NCBI RefSeq assembly: GCF_009834535.1 | Contig: NC_045697.1 | Location: forward strand, 93,684,001-93,748,000 | DNA from: Camelus ferus | Lineage: Eukaryota | Direction of reading: 5' to 3' | DNA length: 64,000 nt | Part shown: positions 27,010 through 40,861 of the stretch, in pieces | How the letters are laid out: each line of letters begins with the position of its first letter | How positions within the stretch are numbered: position 1 is the stretch's first letter | The notes under the pieces: generated by a model | What the model saw: only the letters and a program-made list of their open reading frames with translations | What the model was told of the DNA's origin: nothing | Database searches by the model: none | Program-made: the position numbers and the translations under genes

Positions 27010-27879
27010 GTAAGTGGATTAAATATGTGCGTCTTTACTTAGCTCTTTGTATTGAGGCATTCTGTATAAATTTGGTTAATTAAAAATGCTTTTATGAAAT
27101 GGATCTGCTATGAAAATAATAAGGAAAAATGCCACTATTCATGATTGATGTAGCCATAGGAAGATAGAGTACATAGTAATATACTTTATGGTGCTGTCAA
27201 TGACAAATAGACATTGTTTAGAAGTCCCATTTAATTAATCCAAGAGCTATTAATGGTAATATGGAATTAATAGTAAAGAAATGAGACATTTCTCAAAAAA
27301 TAAAAATAGACTAGGAACATATTACTGAAGCATGTGTATATTATAATTGATCATAAAAACAACCTACATAATAAGCATATTTGCCCAAGAGAACAATGTT
27401 CTGTGAATGCAGAAGATATACACTAGTTAATCTTGGCATTGTGTAAAATAGTAAGAAATTTTAATCAACTGAAATGTCAATAGGAAATTTTAATATATCA
27501 ATATAATAAAAAAGTAACAAAAAGGTTTGTATTTTATAAGACTATTTAGTAACATGGACATTTTAAGATTATAAAGTATTAAAAGCAATTGAAATCAAAA
27601 TGCTAATAGTGTTTATTTCTGTGGGTGGGGATTATGAGTAATTATTATTTTTTATGTTATGCTTTTATGAATTTCTAGTTGTCTGCAGTGAATATGTATT
27701 GCTTATAAAATTAGAAAGAAAACAATAATTGTCATTAAAATTTTTAAAAAGCAATTGAAAATATTATATGATATTCCCTAAATTTAAGATTTATAAACCT
27801 CAATAAATCTGGTATATAAGCATATTATGTATAAAATACAAAAAATGTTTAAAATAAATAAAATGAATGTTTTCCCCTC

Positions 27880-28070
27880 ATTTTTTAATACACTTTGTTT
27901 TTTAGATCAGCTTTAGCTTCAGGGAAAAATTGAGTGGAAGGTACAGAGATTTCCCATTTACCCCTTGTCTCCAATCATGCACAGCCTCCCTCATTATCAC
28001 ATCTCCCGCCAGAGTGGCACATTTGTTACAATCTAAGAACCGACATGAACACACCCAGAGTCAATTTTTT
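27880..28070 (-). mobile_element. L1MA/MB-type 3' end fragment
   Basis: aaaattgagtggaaggtacagagatttcccat...agagtggcacatttgttacaat. Confidence 0.75.
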
Positions 28071-29194
28071 TTAACAGTATAATAGAAATGCTATTAGTTG
28101 GATTTTCATGTAACTTGGGAAATATATTTGGGCTACATGATGTATAGATTAATTGCCTAGTTTATGCTTTGATAACCAATCAAATCATATATTTCATTTG
28201 TTTAATGCACGAGTTTATTTCTCACATTCCACATTTTCCATCCTGGTTGACAAGTGGCATTGCAGGAGTTGGCACTCTATTCCACATGGTCACTCAGAGA
28301 TTCAGGGTGCTGTATGAATTCTCTTAACATCTCAAAGATGATCCCTGGTCACTGCTGCAAAGAAGAGAGATCTGTAGGAATCACACCTGTTGTACAATTT
28401 TGATTTTTATCCCATTCGCCAGATTAGTCACATGGAATGCTAGAAACGTCACCCTGCTCTGTGCCCAGGAAGAGGCAAATGTGGTGAATACATAGTGTTG
28501 TCTCTGTGACACACAGGCTATTTGAAATTTACATAAGTGATGCATTCAAAGGGACAGATGATATAATTGAGCAATGATCTGAGGCATGAGATTCTTTTGT
28601 GACTGCTGACCTCATAAGGCAGGCTATATATTTTAAGATGACATAAAAAAAATCAAACAACAGTGAATAACAATATGACTACTACATTTAAAGGTATATG
28701 AACAATTGCTTTTAACAGCAGCCTTTTATTTTTAATCTAGTTACTTCTTACATGAACAACATTATTTGGTCATTAGTTACTGAACTTATGGTACATAGTA
28801 ACAGGAATTCACCTAAGCTTTCCTAGATGGAATTTTAAGTTTCTCATATGCATGTTTTAAATTTCTCACTTGTTCCTTATCACTGTCTCTATCCCTTTCT
28901 CTAAAGGTGCATGTATCTACACATTCAACACTAAAAATGGAGACACCAAACTATTAATAGTGAACTCAGGATAATCAGATAGTCAACGAAAGAATCTTGA
29001 TGCTTTTCTGAATTTTACAAATATAACACAAAGTAATTGTATTCTTTTTAATTCAGAGAAAAATTGCTAAAATAAAATGTAGATGTGACTATTTAATTGA
29101 TACTGTGTTACAACCATAAATAATTTTCAAAAGGTTGATAACAACCTGTCAGCAATAGTGAAAGCAAAAGATGAATGTGTTTAAGTGTTACCTG

Positions 29195-29500
29195 TGTTAA
29201 GTTAATTACACAGGCCGTTAGATTGAGGTGCCTGTGTGAACAAACTAAAATCGAAGCCTCTAAATGCCTCAAGGTTACAAAATCAAAACCTAAGGACAAC
29301 CAGTCACAAACAGCCAAGTAGGCTTTAAATTATAACCAGTCAATAATTTCCTTACTTTGCTTCAGCCTTTTCCCTAAAAAGGTCTTCCCTCCAGCATTTG
29401 TTGGTGGAACACTCTAACCACAGGTACTGCCTATTCCAATTGTTTTTTGCTCAAATAAACTCTTTATCATTTTTCATTTGTCTCAGTTTATCTTTTAACT
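29195..29500 (+). mobile_element. ERV1-type solo LTR (MER34/MER39-like)
   Basis: Termini TGTTAA...TTAACT, AATAAA near 29454, and a CCTG direct repeat on both sides (29191-29194 and 29501-29504). Confidence 0.75.
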
Positions 29501-29657
29501 CCTGTCTCTTTGAGTGCATCACCAATGTGAATCTCGTATATAGCAAGTGTGGCAGAGGCAAAAATAACACCCTCAGATGTGTCCCCCAGCCTTTCACGTG
29601 ACTGACCTGGCAAATGGGAACATTTGTAAAATGAAGATTTTTTTTTTCAACCTGAAG

Positions 29658-29729
29658 AAATGTTGGAGTATTTTAGGAACCAAGACAGTATCCTCAAGAT
29701 TTTGTTTAGCAACTTGGATGAAAACATGA
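29658..29729 (+). pseudogene. Candidate exon relic (72 bp, open; alternative donor 29800)
   Basis: Acceptor ttttttcaacctgaag|AA, donor TGA|gtgagt. Reads MLEYFRNQDSILKILFSNLDENM; phase 1-1 joins 31175 as ...DENM-ILYSYFRKYLNP. Confidence 0.55.
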
Positions 29730-31174
29730 GTGAGTTGAATTATATAAATTTTTGCCCTACAAATATGAATATATTTGACTCCATAAACAGACAAGATAAA
29801 GTAAACAAAATATCTTTCTTAAAACAGACATATGGAAATAAAGTGGCTACTAGTGGGACAGAATTATTAATATTAGTATACTTTCTACTAAAAATTATGA
29901 CTATATTACCTGAGTCTATTTTATTTTTATTAATTGAATTTAATTGTTAAATGAATTATTTAAGCAGAGCTATGAAATAGTACTTTTGGCCTTTATTTGA
30001 GAAGCACAGAAGCATGGAGAAAAATATAAAGGCTTTTAAAGGATAAAAATTAGCAAGAAGAGCAAAGATCAGCTATTACCTAATGTATTTTGTTGAAAAA
30101 GCAGTAAAAAATATTCTTTGACCATGAACACAGTGCATTCTGTTTTCATATATTCTCTTAAAATGTCCTAGAGAGGATTAGAATATCTTTGAGACCACGA
30201 AAGCTAGTTACTTTCTGGCAAAATGTTTCTGGTTTGCTTTATGAAGAAAAGTTAAGTTTATGTTTAAATATGAGTAGAAAAATAATTGTTATTATATTAG
30301 AAATAGAAATCCTGACACACTTTAGCCTTCTTTTGAAGCAATCACATAAACTTACCGGGTTTTTTTTTAATGTAGATCAGAAAGTCATACTACTATTTGG
30401 ACTACATACGATGAAAATTAGCATTAATGTATTCAGAAATTTATTCTATTTTGAACTATTCTCCTTTTCACGTTTAACACCTACTACCTGGGAAATGTCA
30501 GCCTTCTGATAAGTGAAGTGTAACAGATAGCAATCACGTAATATGTAATAATTCTCTTTTCAGATTCTAGGACCCAGAATTTTAAGAATGACTCTTTCCC
30601 TCAAAAGGAGGATTGAATTGGGAGTGGCGAGGCGTGAGGAGAACAGGACACAAGCCGGAAAGACTGTCAGGTAACCAAGAGAAACGGGATAAGTGACTTA
30701 ATGTCCTGAATAGGCAGAAACTGGAATTTTGACACCTTAGAAAAAACTGCCTAATTTCATGAGTCTTTTGCTATTTTGCCTTTTAAGTGTCTGCTAAATA
30801 TTCTTTTTTTTGTACTTTGCTCACTCTTTACTATGAAATATTCCCAACATAAAAAAATGCAGAAATGAACACAATGAATATCCCTGCATGTTCTTAAAAA
30901 TAAAATATTCAATCTTAGTTACACCGTGGCTATTTAACTCTTAGTGACAATATTTGCACAGGTTTATATATGTATTTTTAAAAGTCATAATATTTCAAAA
31001 GTGAAATATTTTTATCCATGGCAGAAATTCAGAAACTTGAATTATAAATCTGAAAATTATCTAAGTGGCATCTATTGAGAAAAATATAAATGAATATAAT
31101 TGATTCACATTAGAAACAGTGATGCATTAAAAAAATAAATGGTAATCAAACTTGTTGTTTTCTCATCCCTTTAG

Positions 31175-32169
31175 TACTTTATAGTTACTTTAGAAAATAC
31201 TTGAATCCTCGTATAAACAATATGTGCCATTGAATAAAAGACTAAGGAAAACTTTTTTAAGAACATAATTTTAAAGCCAAGCAATACTTCAGAGACCCCA
31301 TAATTATTGTGTATATGAACACTGAAATCTTTCTGCTGTGACAGTAATGACCAAATTGTTTCAAAACACACACAGACTTCTTTAATCAAAAACATATGAT
31401 AATAAGGTACCAGGAAAAGCCCTCGTCCGAGAAAAAAGAGTTGCAATAATCTTCTTGAAGACGACACCCCTCCTTTCTCCACTTCACTATTAACACCTTT
31501 CAGAGGGCAGGCTCAGTTATATCTTATTGTGCTAAAACCATTCAGCCTGGTTGAAAAGAAATACAAGTCATCTAAAGCATAACTGAAAAATTCAGTGGAA
31601 GCATAATCTGTTATTGTCTTTTCTAATGTCATTTTAAAGACGTAGAAAAGCCAATGTGGGAAGCATCTTATTTCTCTTGTGAGGTCATTTTTTTTTTTCC
31701 CCTTAGAGAAATCCCTAACCACCAAATGACAGTTTTGATCATATACCTAGAAAGAAACACTCAAAGCCCAGCTTCCTGTCTCTTTGAAGAATAGTTTTCC
31801 CATCGTAAAATAATCTCATTTGGAAATGATTTTTTAAATTTGATTTATGCAAAACATATCCCAGTGCCCTGAAAAACCTGCATTTGTGGTTGTTATACCA
31901 CAGATAGAGGAGAAACTGCTTATCAGCGAGCTGTTGCAAAACGGCAACGGGAACTGTGGCTGGGATTAAGGGATCTGGTGAAGCAGAGCACACCGTGAAA
32001 GACATAAAACATGTTACAAGGCTCATGGGCATTATTGACAGGTTTCCACTGCTTTTTTGATAGGATTCTATTCAGCAGGAATCTCATTTGTAAAGAACCC
32101 TTTCATTTAAACATAATAAAATGCCCCATTCAATTAGGGGGAGCCCCAAATGTTTTCCCACTAATTCAG
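31175..32169 (+). pseudogene. Candidate ~1 kb exon relic
   Basis: Acceptor ttttctcatccctttag|TA; weak donor CAG|gtctgt. The 3' part reads KTCICGCYTTDRGETAYQRAVAKRQRELWLGLRDLVKQSTVKDIKHVTRLMGIIDRFPLLF, then after a 1-nt shift in a T run DRILFSRNLICKEPFHLNIIKCPIQLGGAPNVFPLIQ. The 5' part has many stops. Confidence 0.55.
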
Positions 32170-34305
32170 GTCTGTGTAGGGAATTGAATCGTTGCTATGA
32201 AATCTTTTGAAACATTTTTTGGCTTGTTACATTAAACCAAACCTTGAAGTAAAGAAACAGGAGAGAGATGTTTTTAGACTAAGTAAGGTTTATTTATATT
32301 TGAAATTCAGCAAGCATTTGCACAAACCAAGAGTTTTAGGATGACACATTTCTTCATTTAAGGAAAAAACTGTACTTATTTTTGTTAAATCTATTATCAC
32401 TCTAGAAAAACTACTATTTCCATAAATAAATACTGTCATAAGAACCCAATACTTAAAATTAAACACTTTATTCCTTTAAAATAGAAGTGTGCTCTATAAT
32501 CTTGTAATGGCAGCATGGTCAAGTCACACATATTTTCCAAAATGATTAGTCTCTTTGTAAATGAGGAAATGACACATAAAGAAAAGTGGAAGCCTTGATT
32601 TCAAGTATGAGTGTGAAGGGAAGGGTCCTTTTCTTTTAAGAATGAATGCATGTCACTTCTCTGTCTCCACCACACAGCAGAACCATCCAAAGAAATAGCA
32701 GTCACCAACAAGAGTTCTTAGATTCCATACAGAGAGATTCTAATGCAACTGAGTGTTGATAACTGCTCTAAACAAAGGGAGAAAACCAAGTAAATACATG
32801 AATGTGGGCAGAGACCTTGTGTATAGTTCTAATTCTAATTCCATAAGTGCACTTTTTAGATTCAGAATTTTTATTTTCAGGTGAAGTTAAGATTCTGCTA
32901 ATGGTCTAGAGATAAACTATCTTAATATTAACCATTTTCTTTTAACTATCACCTAACATACAAAGTGCCAAATGAAATTGTAATTTTTAACATCAATTAT
33001 AAGTGGGGGGGATATTTTTAACTCTTTATTAATATGTGAAGATCAACACTGAAAAAGCATTTTCAGTTAATACAAGAGGTGACATTTCTACTACAAAGTG
33101 CCAAAAGAAGCACTCATGCAAGCTGACTTGAAAATTACCTTAGTTGCTCTTTTAAGAAAATGTTCTAAACACCTGTATCTCTCAGTTACAGTCCTGATAC
33201 ATTTCACAGCTGCTATATGAAGAAGCAGTTCACAAGACCCAAAGTCTGCAGTAGCCAGTGAGTGATAACTTACTGCATCCTATGTATCTCATGCAAAATT
33301 TTACTGTAAAATTCTAAATATAATGAGTTTTTAAAAAATATTTATACAATACCCAGTTTCAAAACTTATCAAATTATATTGGACAGTAACTAACTAATAT
33401 GTATGTCTAGGCCTTTGCACTACAGATTATCTTTTACAGGATACACAGCCAGAGTCATAGCTTACACTCTGCCTGATATTGACATTGTTAATAATATCCT
33501 TCTGCTGTATCACCACCCTCTTCCACACCCGTTTCTTCCAATTCACCGTCACTGTCATCTTGTGAAATGCCTTCTTTCATGAAGTAGAATGTGATTCATG
33601 AAACTGGATTTTCATTGGAAAAAATATTCCAACTGCTATTTATCAACAATTTTAACACTGAAAGAAACATATATTATTAACATTCCACCCTCAGAAGTTC
33701 CGGGAACACAAGAACAGTTACAAAGAGTGTTCTTTTTGCTTCTTCTACTGCTTAATAATTTTCATAGTGTCAGCCTTTCTTTGCTGTCAGTTTACCTGCC
33801 TGCCCCACCGTGATGTCTATTATTTCTAGTCCATGGGGAAAGTAGGGATTAGAATTAACTGAATTGGCCTCTTTTTCTATGCCTTCATTAATATCTCATT
33901 TGGAAATTAACTCAATAAATTCAAAAAGAAATTATGTCAGAAAACACATAAGCTTGACAACATCTGAGAAGCTGGACATCTTTAAGAGTTTGCGAACGAG
34001 GTATTCAAATTTGAATAGGAATAGTCAGATATTCCAAGTCATATATCTGAGCATATTAACATTCTCAAAATAGTCAACAAACAACAAAGAACACATTCCA
34101 AGTGGTGTTTTCCTTTATATGTTTTATTTTGTCTTGCTTTTCCTCAGAAATTATTTTCCAACCATTTCCTTTACATTCATATTTTCTAAACCCATATATT
34201 TAATATATCATAATATCTCTTTCCAAACAGAACACAGTGCTCCCTATTAAGATTTTTAACTTTTTAAGAGTGTTTGACTTCTATTTGTATAATTTCTACT
34301 TGAAG

Positions 34306-34720
34306 GCTGTTAGGGCAGTAATTTACAGCTTAACAACTTCCAGCAAGTGCTCAGTGTAGCCTGAAGATGCTCCAGTGTACTGGCACATCTTTCTAAAGGA
34401 TTCTCAAAAAACTGAAGCGTTGTCTTCTTTTAAACAGTTGCTTCTTTCTCTGTTTCTCAACTTCCTCCAGAACAAGTCAGCCTCTTCATTTCCTGCAGCA
34501 TTTTCCATCTGTCGCTGGCATAGTACATGCGCTCTTGGTCTAGAGGTTTGCTTGCATTTGCAGCATCCTGATTATCCTTCTTATCATTATCTTTGAAGCC
34601 AAACGAAAATGATATCCTGTAACTGTGGGTCTGTGAGTTGTTTTGGAACAGGATGTCTCAGCCTGTCAGCATTGTTCTGTAACTGCTTTGTAACTGGATT
34701 TTGTTTGCACCTGAATTTGG
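34306..34720 (+). pseudogene. Candidate exon relic (415 bp, one frameshift)
   Basis: Acceptor aatttctacttgaag|G, donor TGG|gtgagc. Reads AVRAVIYSLTTSSKCSV*PEDAPVYWHIFLKDSQKTEALSSFKQLL, then in a shifted frame SVSQLPPEQVSLFISCSIFHLSLA*YMRSWSRGLLAFAAS...LLCNWILFAPEFG (exit phase 2). Confidence 0.6.
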
Positions 34721-37103
34721 GTGAGCCTGGGGGTTGGGTGGGGAATTTTAAGATTAAGGCTGCCCATGTAGCTAGAATATGTCTGTACATCAGCTCATTG
34801 TGAGAGCTCTACCTCAAGCTGATTCTGAACTTCCCCGTGGCGAGGTGCTTTGTCCTAGTGCTGGGTAGCTAGAGACTTGGAGACAAAGACAATAGTGGAA
34901 ACACAAAGACCATCATTCCTGAGTTCTTAGGTTCCCATTAACGTATACCAATGTCCCACTGCTGAACTCTGTACTTTGATTGTGATAACTCTATTCCAGG
35001 TGTAAAAACTGGGGGAGTTTCAGAGTCTATTTAGCATCTGATTACCTAAGCTGATCCAAGTTTACCTAATTAATGCACTTTCTCATAGAAAACTATCTGT
35101 ACACGAAGATGAATAATTTTCCTCTGGAAATATTGCTATAACACCATAAATTTCTCTCATTAGCACTTTGCACTGATACAATTTGCAAATTTTAATTGAT
35201 TTTTACTGTTGATTTTTCCCACTAAATAGATTTCATGAGGACAAGAGCCATCTCTATGGAACATGACAGAGAGCTCAAGAAATACTTCTTGACTGGCTGA
35301 AGAATAATGAGATTGAAACAGAATCATAAAGATGTGAGGAAAACTGGATATATTTAAGTCACTGTGGAATAACCAGTAAGGAGAGGTAAAAATTATGATG
35401 GGGTATAGTTAAACTACAGAATACACTTCTGTATTCTGGTATATGTGGAAGAATTGTTATAATGATGGAATAATGGAAGAAATGTTTTCAATAGTACAAA
35501 AGAATTTTACCCAGAAGAAACTCTTAACAGTAAGAGAAAAGGAAAAGGGAATAGTTTAGGAGAAGATACAGGAATGTCAGGACTCCTATTTAATAAATTT
35601 ATTTTCATTCTGAAGGAGAAGATGAGATTTTTGAGTGAAGGAAGAGCTATTAAAGTTAGAAGTTGGAACTTGCTGGAGAAGATGTGAAATAAAAGCCATA
35701 AAGAATAGGAAGAGAGCCTACTAATGGTGCCATTTACTAATGTTATTGCCCAGGTCTTTCAGGAGGAATTGTCATAGGAAGTGTGGTGCTTACAGTAATA
35801 ACATTGTGAGGCATTGTGTTTTAAAAGTTGGAAAATAATTATTGTTGCAAACTGCAGTGTTCATCGTATTAATACAGTGAAACACATTATGAATTTCCAA
35901 CTGGCAAATATTACATGTAAAGTTTACTATGTTTACTTAAAACCATTTTTCTTAAAGATCATGTGCATGAAAACATTCTTTGTTAAATTAAAATAAAAAA
36001 AGAAAATCCAGAAATCCATGGAAAAGCAATAAAGCTTTATTTTAAAAAGAAAAAAAGAAGATAAGAGAATGATGAATATAAGATTCAGAAAAATGTTAAT
36101 GTCATTAAGAGGAAGCCAGGTGGATGGGATGAGAGTGGCAATATGTTTATATCAGTTATCATCAAGGTCTCAGATTTGTTTGTGTGGTAGGTTCATGAGT
36201 GCTTTTTACATTTAGAGAAATATGCCTAAAAAAAAAAAACTAACTAATAAAGTAATACATAAAAGAAGGCCAGGCATGGATCTATGACTATATTGTGTCA
36301 TGAAACTATGATTAAGAAGTATTCAACTATGTGCATATACAGTGAAAGTAATAATAAAATTAAATAAGGAAAACAATTTTATTCCCAAAGAATTATGTGT
36401 ATGTGCACCTTAAATGAATGGATTTCCAAAGAGCACACTGAGAAGGCTTATTTGTAAGAAGCTGTCTGTCTCTACGTCAGAACAGTGAAGGGTTTGACCT
36501 CTTCATCCCAAACAGGAAATCTCTGCAAACAAATAGCCTAATAAAAACCAGTATGTTCAATAATGAGTAACAACACAGGAAATGTTAGACCACTGTTATA
36601 ATATTGTTATTAGGATAACTGGAGGAGAGAAACGAAACTTTCATACCATCAAATAATTATTTAAATAGAAAAGCCTTTTCAGAGCAAGTGGTAAGCAAAT
36701 ATTCTGTCATGAATTAATGAACATACACACATTGAAGTTTGCAATCAGTCTTATGAAGGGAGATCACAAAGCAGAAGTGTAAAGTTAGAGAAAAAATGAT
36801 GAGAAAGTATGAAGACATGAAACATGAATTCGTAAGACCTTGGTAAAAGTTGAAAATAAAAAAATAAAGCCATCAGATAAATGAAGATGAAATTAGAAGT
36901 GATACTTGGGAGAGTCCATCAAAGAAAATACAGAAGTGACTTGGAGAATAAAAATGAGAAAACTGACTCAAACACAGTCAAAACTTTAAAAAAATTGTAA
37001 AAATGGAAATTCATTTTTAAGAGGCTTGGGGAAAAGTACATTCTATATTGTGCTTGGTAGGAATACAAATTGATACAGAACCCATGGAGAGCAGTATTAT
37101 GTA

Positions 37104-37322
37104 CAGTTGACCCTTGAACAGTTTGGATGTGAGCCACATGGGTCCACTTATACTCGAATTTTTTTTCAGTAGAAATACTCCAGTACTACTCCATCTATGG
37201 TTGAGTTCCCAGAGACAGAGGAACTCACGGTGTATACAGAGATTTGACCCTAAGTTATATGCAGATTCTCAACTCTGTGGAAAGTAGGTCCCCCTAATCC
37301 CACCTAAGTTCAAGGGTCACTG
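37104..37322. mobile_element. MER8-like non-autonomous TcMar-Tigger element
   Basis: Terminal inverted repeats CAGTTGACCCTTGAAC / GTTCAAGGGTCACTG with TA on both sides; sits inside an old L1 fragment (~37020-37700). Confidence 0.9.
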
Positions 37323-37859
37323 TATTTATAATATCTAAGTTACAAAATAATAGAATATAACCTTTAACCAAAAAATTTTGCCTCAGAGAATTCCTCATAC
37401 AGATATACTTACATGAATGATGTTCATTACAACCTTGTTTGTAAGATCAGAATAGTGTAATCTAAACAATTAAATGAATTAATTAGAAATTGTATACATC
37501 CAAACAGTGGAAACTGTTACAGCTCTAAAAAGGGTTAATTAATGTCTCTATGCCCTGAAATAGAAATGCTTTTTACATATTTTGGAAGGGGAAGGAAAAG
37601 TAATGAACTATGTATATACTTATTATCTTTGTTAGAAAATAGGGAAGGGATCAGAATCTCTGCACTTGTTCACTTGCATAAACATAAAAAACCTGTGGCC
37701 AGATTGCTAAGAATCCATGAAGGTTGGGGACAGACAACTGCATAGAAATATAAGAATCAATATTGATTATTCAGCATTTTTAACATTTAATTTTGACTTA
37801 CATAATTGCATTAGATTTTTTTAAAGCTAACAAAATACAAAGCTAATAAATAAAATAAA

Positions 37860-38280
37860 AGGGATGTTATGTGGTGGTTTAAGCAGTGAAATGACATAAT
37901 CTGTATTATGAATACGAATGGACTTCATGGAGACAATGAATCTGAAATAAAGTGGATGAATTTAGGATAAGTCTTGAGGGAAAAGCTATACAAATTTTGG
38001 ATGATTTCATTTACTTATTCCTTTGACAGATGTTTATTAAGTACTTGATACATGTTAAGACTGTTTAAAGGCACTGTTCATTAGATGTTAGCCCAGAGGT
38101 GAAAAGGGAAAAATCAAGGGTGACTTGAGGGACAGCACTGAAAAGTATTGAACACAACAGAGGTGTCATATCAGTACTGATGAGAAGTGTTGGTGTAGGA
38201 AAAAACTTGAGAAGAGAGTTCTAATTTGAATATATACTTTCGAGATGTCTTTTTGACATTTAGATGGAGATGTTAAGGTA
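37860..38280 (-). mobile_element. L2 fragments
   Basis: Reverse L2-like text (ggttttaagcag-type segment, gagatgtctttttgacatttagatggagatg). Confidence 0.5.
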
Positions 38281-38329
38281 AATATATTAGTACATGATTT
38301 TTTTTTTCATATTTTAAAAATCTTATTTC

Positions 38330-38630
38330 TCAGATACTTGTCTTCAAAAATATGGTGAGACATACTATGTTTCTCTGTAGGAAAACTCAGTATCTTAAAA
38401 AATGATAACTCTATCCTCAATTATACTAGAAATATAATTCAGCCCTTAATTAAAGTCTCAGAGGGTTTTTGGAAAGAACTTTGAATGTTTATTCAAAACT
38501 TAATCTAGAAAGAAAAATGTGTGAAAATGGTCAATTCTAAAAAAAAAAAATTAGAATTTTTATCACAACAGATATCTAATGTTACTAAATTGCAATTTAT
38601 ACAGCACTCTGGGTTTTGTACAGAAATGAT
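38330..38630 (+). mobile_element. Old L1 ORF2 fragment
   Basis: agacatactatgttt...ggaaaactcagtatc...aaaatgatca resembles L1M ORF2. Confidence 0.55.
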
Positions 38631-38665
38631 CAAAAAGTGATTTTATTGGTAATGTTATTTCACAG

Positions 38666-39112
38666 TCCTTTGTCAAACAGTGTGAATTTTGAGGCAATTG
38701 GGTAGGCTGTGAGCAGTCTAAGCAATTACTCTTTCCTCTGAAACAAGTCCCCCCCCCCCCCCTTGTTTGTTAAAACCGCCTTTGCTGGGAAAATCCTCAA
38801 AATATCCAGCTTTCTGGCACTGTCTAGTCTCATTTTGGCTGAGGCTGCTGGCTGCATTAAGGGCATAGCTCTAACATTGTGTCAGCCTTCTCCTTGCTAT
38901 AGCTCCTGGCGTTGGACACAGATTTTGTAATACCATAGTGCCGCTGCATCCAAATACTGGGGACCAACACACACGGAATTGATTCCAAATGATGTGTGAC
39001 AGACATATCTCCTTCATAGTTCACCTTTTGCCTCCAGAGTCCATCTTTTAGCTCAGAAGATATTGGTAATCTTGCAAGTTTCTCTTATTCATTCTGTCTG
39101 GTCCTTCGTGCA
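38666..39112 (+). pseudogene. Candidate exon relic (447 bp)
   Basis: Acceptor gttatttcacag|T, donor GCA|gtaagt; length is a multiple of 3, phase 2-2, 4 stops in 148 codons. Ends YHSAAASKYWGPTHTELIPNDV*QTYLLHSSPFASRVHLLAQKILVILQVSLIHSVWSFV. Confidence 0.6.
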
Positions 39113-39929
39113 GTAAGTACATTATTTCAGAACTCCTAAAAAATTGTGGTATATATATAAAAGTCTTAAGTAAACTAAAGAAAGCAAAGCAATACACTAT
39201 TTTTAGTATTACATGAGCTAGTTTTTAAAATTTTTGAGGAGTGACACCTCTGCTCACACTACCATGTGTGGCATTTCCCCCTTACATCTTTATCAGTAAA
39301 AAGCAAAAAACGAAAAAAATAAATGAAATAAAACCCCCACACAAATATACAAATCTTATTTTCTCTGATTTTTATTATGCTACCTCAGTTCCTCTGAAAT
39401 AAGGTATGCAACCTAAACAGGTAAATTGATAAATTGTCTTTGATATTATGTGGGGTTTTTTTGGTAAAAAATGGAACTCTAGGGCACTTAAAAAGTAAAA
39501 TGTTTATTTCATTATGGCTCATAACTGCACACTGGTGAAGTTTTTCTCTCCAGTCCTTCTCACAGCTCTCCGTGTCCAGGGCTGTCTCATACTACTGGGT
39601 TCCTTGCTCAGGCGTGGTTAGGGAGCTGTGTACCCTCAGCAAAGGCCTTGTTTGCCTCCATGGTATAGCAATATACATAAATTAAGGTACATATGAGTGA
39701 ATTATTGTAAGGACACATCTATTTCACAACTTAGAGTCCAGAAATAGTACTGCCAGGATCCAGGATCCCCAGGTTCCCTCATTCCCTTTCCAAATCATGA
39801 TCCCCTAACATTTTCCTGATTTTTATTGTAGTCACTTTGAACATATACTTATACTTATGTCATCTCCCAGGTATCTGTAATTATGACTTTTTGGACCAAT
39901 TTTTTATTTTGTATTAATGGAAATACACA

Positions 39930-40530
39930 GTATATTTCTTGTAATGTAGATCTGCTAAAGATAAATTTTCTGAACTCTTGCTTATCTGGAAAAATGTGTC
40001 TTTATTTTTGAGGGATATTCTTTCATGTTACACAATTCTAGATTTTTTTTTTCCTTCTATCCTTTTAAAGGTGTGATTCCATTGCCTCTGGCTTCCATTG
40101 TTTCAGATCAGATGTCAACAATTATTTTTTATTATTGTTTTCTGAATTTAATATGTCCTTCCTAAATTCTGTTTTTAAGATTATCTCTTTGTCTTTGGTT
40201 TTCAGAGGTTTTTCTTCAAGATGCCTAGGTCTGATTTTCTGCTTTTATCTTACCAGAGGTGTGTTGAACTCCTTGAAACTAAACTGTCAGTTTAGAGCAG
40301 TCTCTATCATTATCTTGTCAAATATTTCTTCTGTCTCATTTATTGTCCTTCTTGAAATGCAGTTAGTATGTTAAAATATTTTATATTATGCCACAGGTCT
40401 TGGCTAATTTTAATTTTTAAATTATTTTTCCTTATTATGTTTCTGTTTGGATGATACCTATTACTCTGCTATCAAGATTACTTACTCTTTCTCTTGTTAC
40501 GTTCAGATCATAAAATGATGTCTTCATTTC
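39930..40530 (-). mobile_element. Old L1M (ORF1 region) fragment
   Basis: tttcttgtaatgtagatctgct...ttccattgcctctggcttccattgtttc...tcaaatatttcttctgtctc. Confidence 0.65.
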
Positions 40531-40861
40531 TAACAAGATATTTTATGAATAAATAACCTCATCACCAAGAATGTTATCCTGTGTACATATACTATATATG
40601 TAATAAAATATGTATAAAATATATGCAATGAAGGTTTTAGAATAAATACATAAGAAAATAGCATATAATTGAGAATTGGTTAACTTAATAATGAGAAAGA
40701 ACAAAGAGAGGGGTACACTAAAATTTCACAAAAAAATTGTCTGCAGATACTTTTAAATTAAACACTGTTCAGTATTAAATTAAACATTGGTTCAAAATAA
40801 AAGATGAGAGAAATCAAGATTTAAAATAAGGAAATACAGATTTTTTTTAAAAGGAGATTTA

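Noticed and set aside
34330..34790. Protein-like minus-strand reading (PQLQDIIFVWLQR...ADLFWRKLRNRERS)
   Set aside because: The + strand has a matched acceptor/donor pair that fits the neighbouring exons, and I found no partner exons on the minus strand.
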